From: Squalus acanthias | Taxonomy: Eukaryota | Length of the DNA: 64,000 bases | Direction: 5' to 3' | NCBI GenBank assembly: GCA_030390025.1 | Contig: CM059432.1 | Location: 5,456,001-5,520,000, forward strand | Shown: one piece after another, positions 61,717-64,000 of the stretch | Numbering within the stretch: the stretch's first letter is position 1 | Layout: every line of letters starts with the position of its first letter | Made by a program: the position numbers and the translations under genes | Notes under the pieces: generated by a model | The model's input: the letters and a program-made list of their open reading frames with translations, nothing else | Database searches by the model: none | Told to the model about the DNA's origin: nothing

Positions 61717-62604
61717 ATTTGGATGATCAGCCATGATCTCATTAAATGGCGGAACAGGGTCGAGGGGCCGAACGGCCTACTCCTGCTCCTATCTTCTATG
61801 TTTCTATGATTTAAGGAGCATCTTAAAAGCGGAGAGGGAGATAGAGAGGCAGAGAGGTTTAGGCAGGGAATTCCAGAGCTTGGGGCCTAGGCAACAGAAG
61901 GCACGGCCGCCAATGGTGGAGCGATTAAAATCGAGGATGCTCAAGAGGCCAGAATTAAAGGAGCGCAGATATCTCGGGGGGTTGTGGAGCTGGAGGAGAT
62001 TACAGAGATAGGGAGGGGGCCGAGGCCATGGAGGGATTTGAAAACAAGGATGACAATTTTAAAATCGAGGCGTTGCTTAACCGGGAGCCAATGTAGGTCA
62101 GCGAGCACAGGGGGTGATGGGTGAACGGGACTTGGTGCGAGTTCTGAAGACGTGAAAGGCCAAGTTTATAATAAACGTTGAGTGTGAAGAACGTCGTGTG
62201 TGAGATTATTTCTCAGGAGGATCCTTCTAAATTGATGCTAGAGACACAGACCTATTAGACTGAACCTCCATACACATGAAACGCAAATCCAAACTTAACT
62301 GATGAACTCTGCTGCACAAGAAGTCCCTGATAAAATACCCGCTATTTTGAGCACAGATGCTATCACCAGCGGCGCAAATGTAGCACACTGACACCAGCTG
62401 TTAGATGGTTGCAGCAACTTCTACACTGCCTGTCAGACAACTTAAGATCTTTGCACAGGGCAAGGTTTAGAAACAGGGGGCACCTAACGTGACTAATGCT
62501 GCCGTTATTCTCTGGGAATCATCGTAAGGTGCTTTGAACTTCACTCATGCTAGCCAGAAAGAAAGAATTTGTATTTGTAGATGGCCTTTCATGTCTTCAG
62601 GACT

Positions 62605-63072
62605 TGCACCGAGTCCCATTCGCCCATCGCCCCCTGTGCTCCCGGTTCAGGAACGCCTCGATTTTAAAATTCTCCTCCTTGTTTTCAAATCCCTCCGTGG
62701 CCTCGCCCCCTCCCTATCTCTGTAATCACCTCCAGCCCCACAACACCCCCCCCCCCCCACTCCCCCGAGATCTCTGCGCTTCTCCAATCCTGGCCGCTTG
62801 AGCATCCCTGATTTTAATCGCTCCACCATTGGCAGCCGTGCCTTCAGCTGCCAAAGCCCTAAGCTCTGGAATTTCCTCCCTACACCTGTCCGCCTCTCTC
62901 TCCTCCTTTAAGATGCTTCTTAAAACCTACCTCTTTGACCAAGCTTTTGGTCACCTGCCCTAATATCTCCTTATGTGGCTCGGTGTCAAATTTTGTTTGA
63001 TAATCGCTCCTGTGAAGCGCCTTGGGATGTTCTACTACGTTAAAGGCGCTATAGAAATACAAGTTGTTGTTG
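62605..63072 (+). mobile_element. L2 LINE 3' fragment
   Basis: RLDFKILLLVFKSLRGLAPS.L, with a (ttg)n tail. Confidence 0.85.
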
Positions 63073-63399
63073 TCCCAAAGCTTTTTACAGCCAGTGGGTT
63101 ACTGTTTTGAAGTGTACTCACTGTTGTTGTGTGGGCAAACACAGCAACCAATTCTATCATCGATGCATTTAAGGGGAAGCTAGATAAGTACATGAGGGAG
63201 AAAGGAATTGAAGGATATGCTGATCAGGTGAGATATAGTAGGGTGGGAGGAGGCTCGTGTGGAGCATAAAGACCGGCACGGACCAGTTGATCCGAATGGA
63301 CTGTTTCTGGCTGTAAATTCTCTGTAATTCTCTGTAATTTGCTCACAGTGAGGTCCCACAAACAGCAATGAGATAAATGGCCAGTTATTCTGATTTTGG

Positions 63400-63935
63400 T
63401 TGTGTTGTTTGAGGGATAAATGTTGACCAGAACATCAGGAGAACTCCTCTACTCTTCTTCAAAGAGTGGCAGGGGACCTTTTTTTGCCTACCTGAACAGG
63501 CAGATCTAAGTTTAGTATCCTATCTGAAAGACAGCACCTCTGACAATGAAGCACTCCTTCACTACTGCACTCACGTTTCAGCCTCAATTACGCACTCAAG
63601 CTTCAGAAGTGAACCCAACAGCCTTCTGACGCAGAGGTGAGAGTGCTACCAACTGAGCCAAGCTGGTCTCCCTTGTGTGGTACTCCAGCTTTCTCAGTAC
63701 CAAGTGTCACTGTCGTAAAATCCCATCTGGATCACTAATGTCCTTTAGGGAAGGAAATCTTCCGTCCTTACCCGGTCTGGCCTATATGTGATTCCAGACC
63801 CACAGCAATGTGGTTTTGACTCTTAACTGCCCCTCTGAAATGGCCGAGCGAGACACTCAGTTGTACCATAAGGAAGGACAATAAATGCTGGCCTTGCCAG
63901 CGATGCCCACATCCAGTGAATGTACAAAAAAAACT
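63400..63935. mobile_element. Eroded Deu-type SINE (-) followed by SINE family B 3' part (+)
   Basis: Homology to full copies within the window. Confidence 0.7.
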
Positions 63936-64000
63936 ATGCCATGCTACAACCAGTCATAGGAACAGGAGGAGGCCATTCAGCCCCTCGAGCCTGTTCCGCC

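Larger units (their letters stand above)
58351..61809 (+). mobile_element. Near full-length CR1 LINE (ORF1 C-terminus + disrupted ORF2 + 3' UTR), inserted in an L2 (-; ~58205-58350 and ~61810-62142)
   Basis: ORF1 esterase motifs, APE and RT motifs in colinear order, (ttctatg) tail. The L2 continues on both sides. Confidence 0.93.

Overview
Eukaryotic, repeat-dense vertebrate DNA; the repeat repertoire suggests a cartilaginous fish (inference). The only host gene I can support is LAPTM4B on the + strand. Its last five coding exons (4826-4899, 9454-9576, 11522-11620, 22093-22185, 37373-37447) have canonical GT-AG junctions and splice in frame, and the probable 3' UTR runs to about 39.5 kb. Most of the rest is transposon-derived: CR1 LINEs (one near full length at 58351-61809), L2 and RTE fragments, two tRNA-derived SINE families, GC-rich PIF/Harbinger-type elements with 3-bp TSDs, hAT MITEs and a solo LTR. 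The most notable signal is a set of Penelope-like (PLE) retroelements from two families carrying minimal hammerhead ribozyme motifs, mostly inserted as fold-back structures. These include a 2.5-kb copy with an open RT+GIY-YIG ORF between ~380-bp inverted arms (41406-43909), and a 236-bp non-coding relative containing a perfect 206-bp palindrome with a ribozyme motif on each strand inside a LAPTM4B intron (8946-9181). Both have a 33-nt tail on one arm only and a clear TSD. Most ORFs in the supplied track are TE fragments or spurious. Repeat boundaries are approximate unless TSDs are given.
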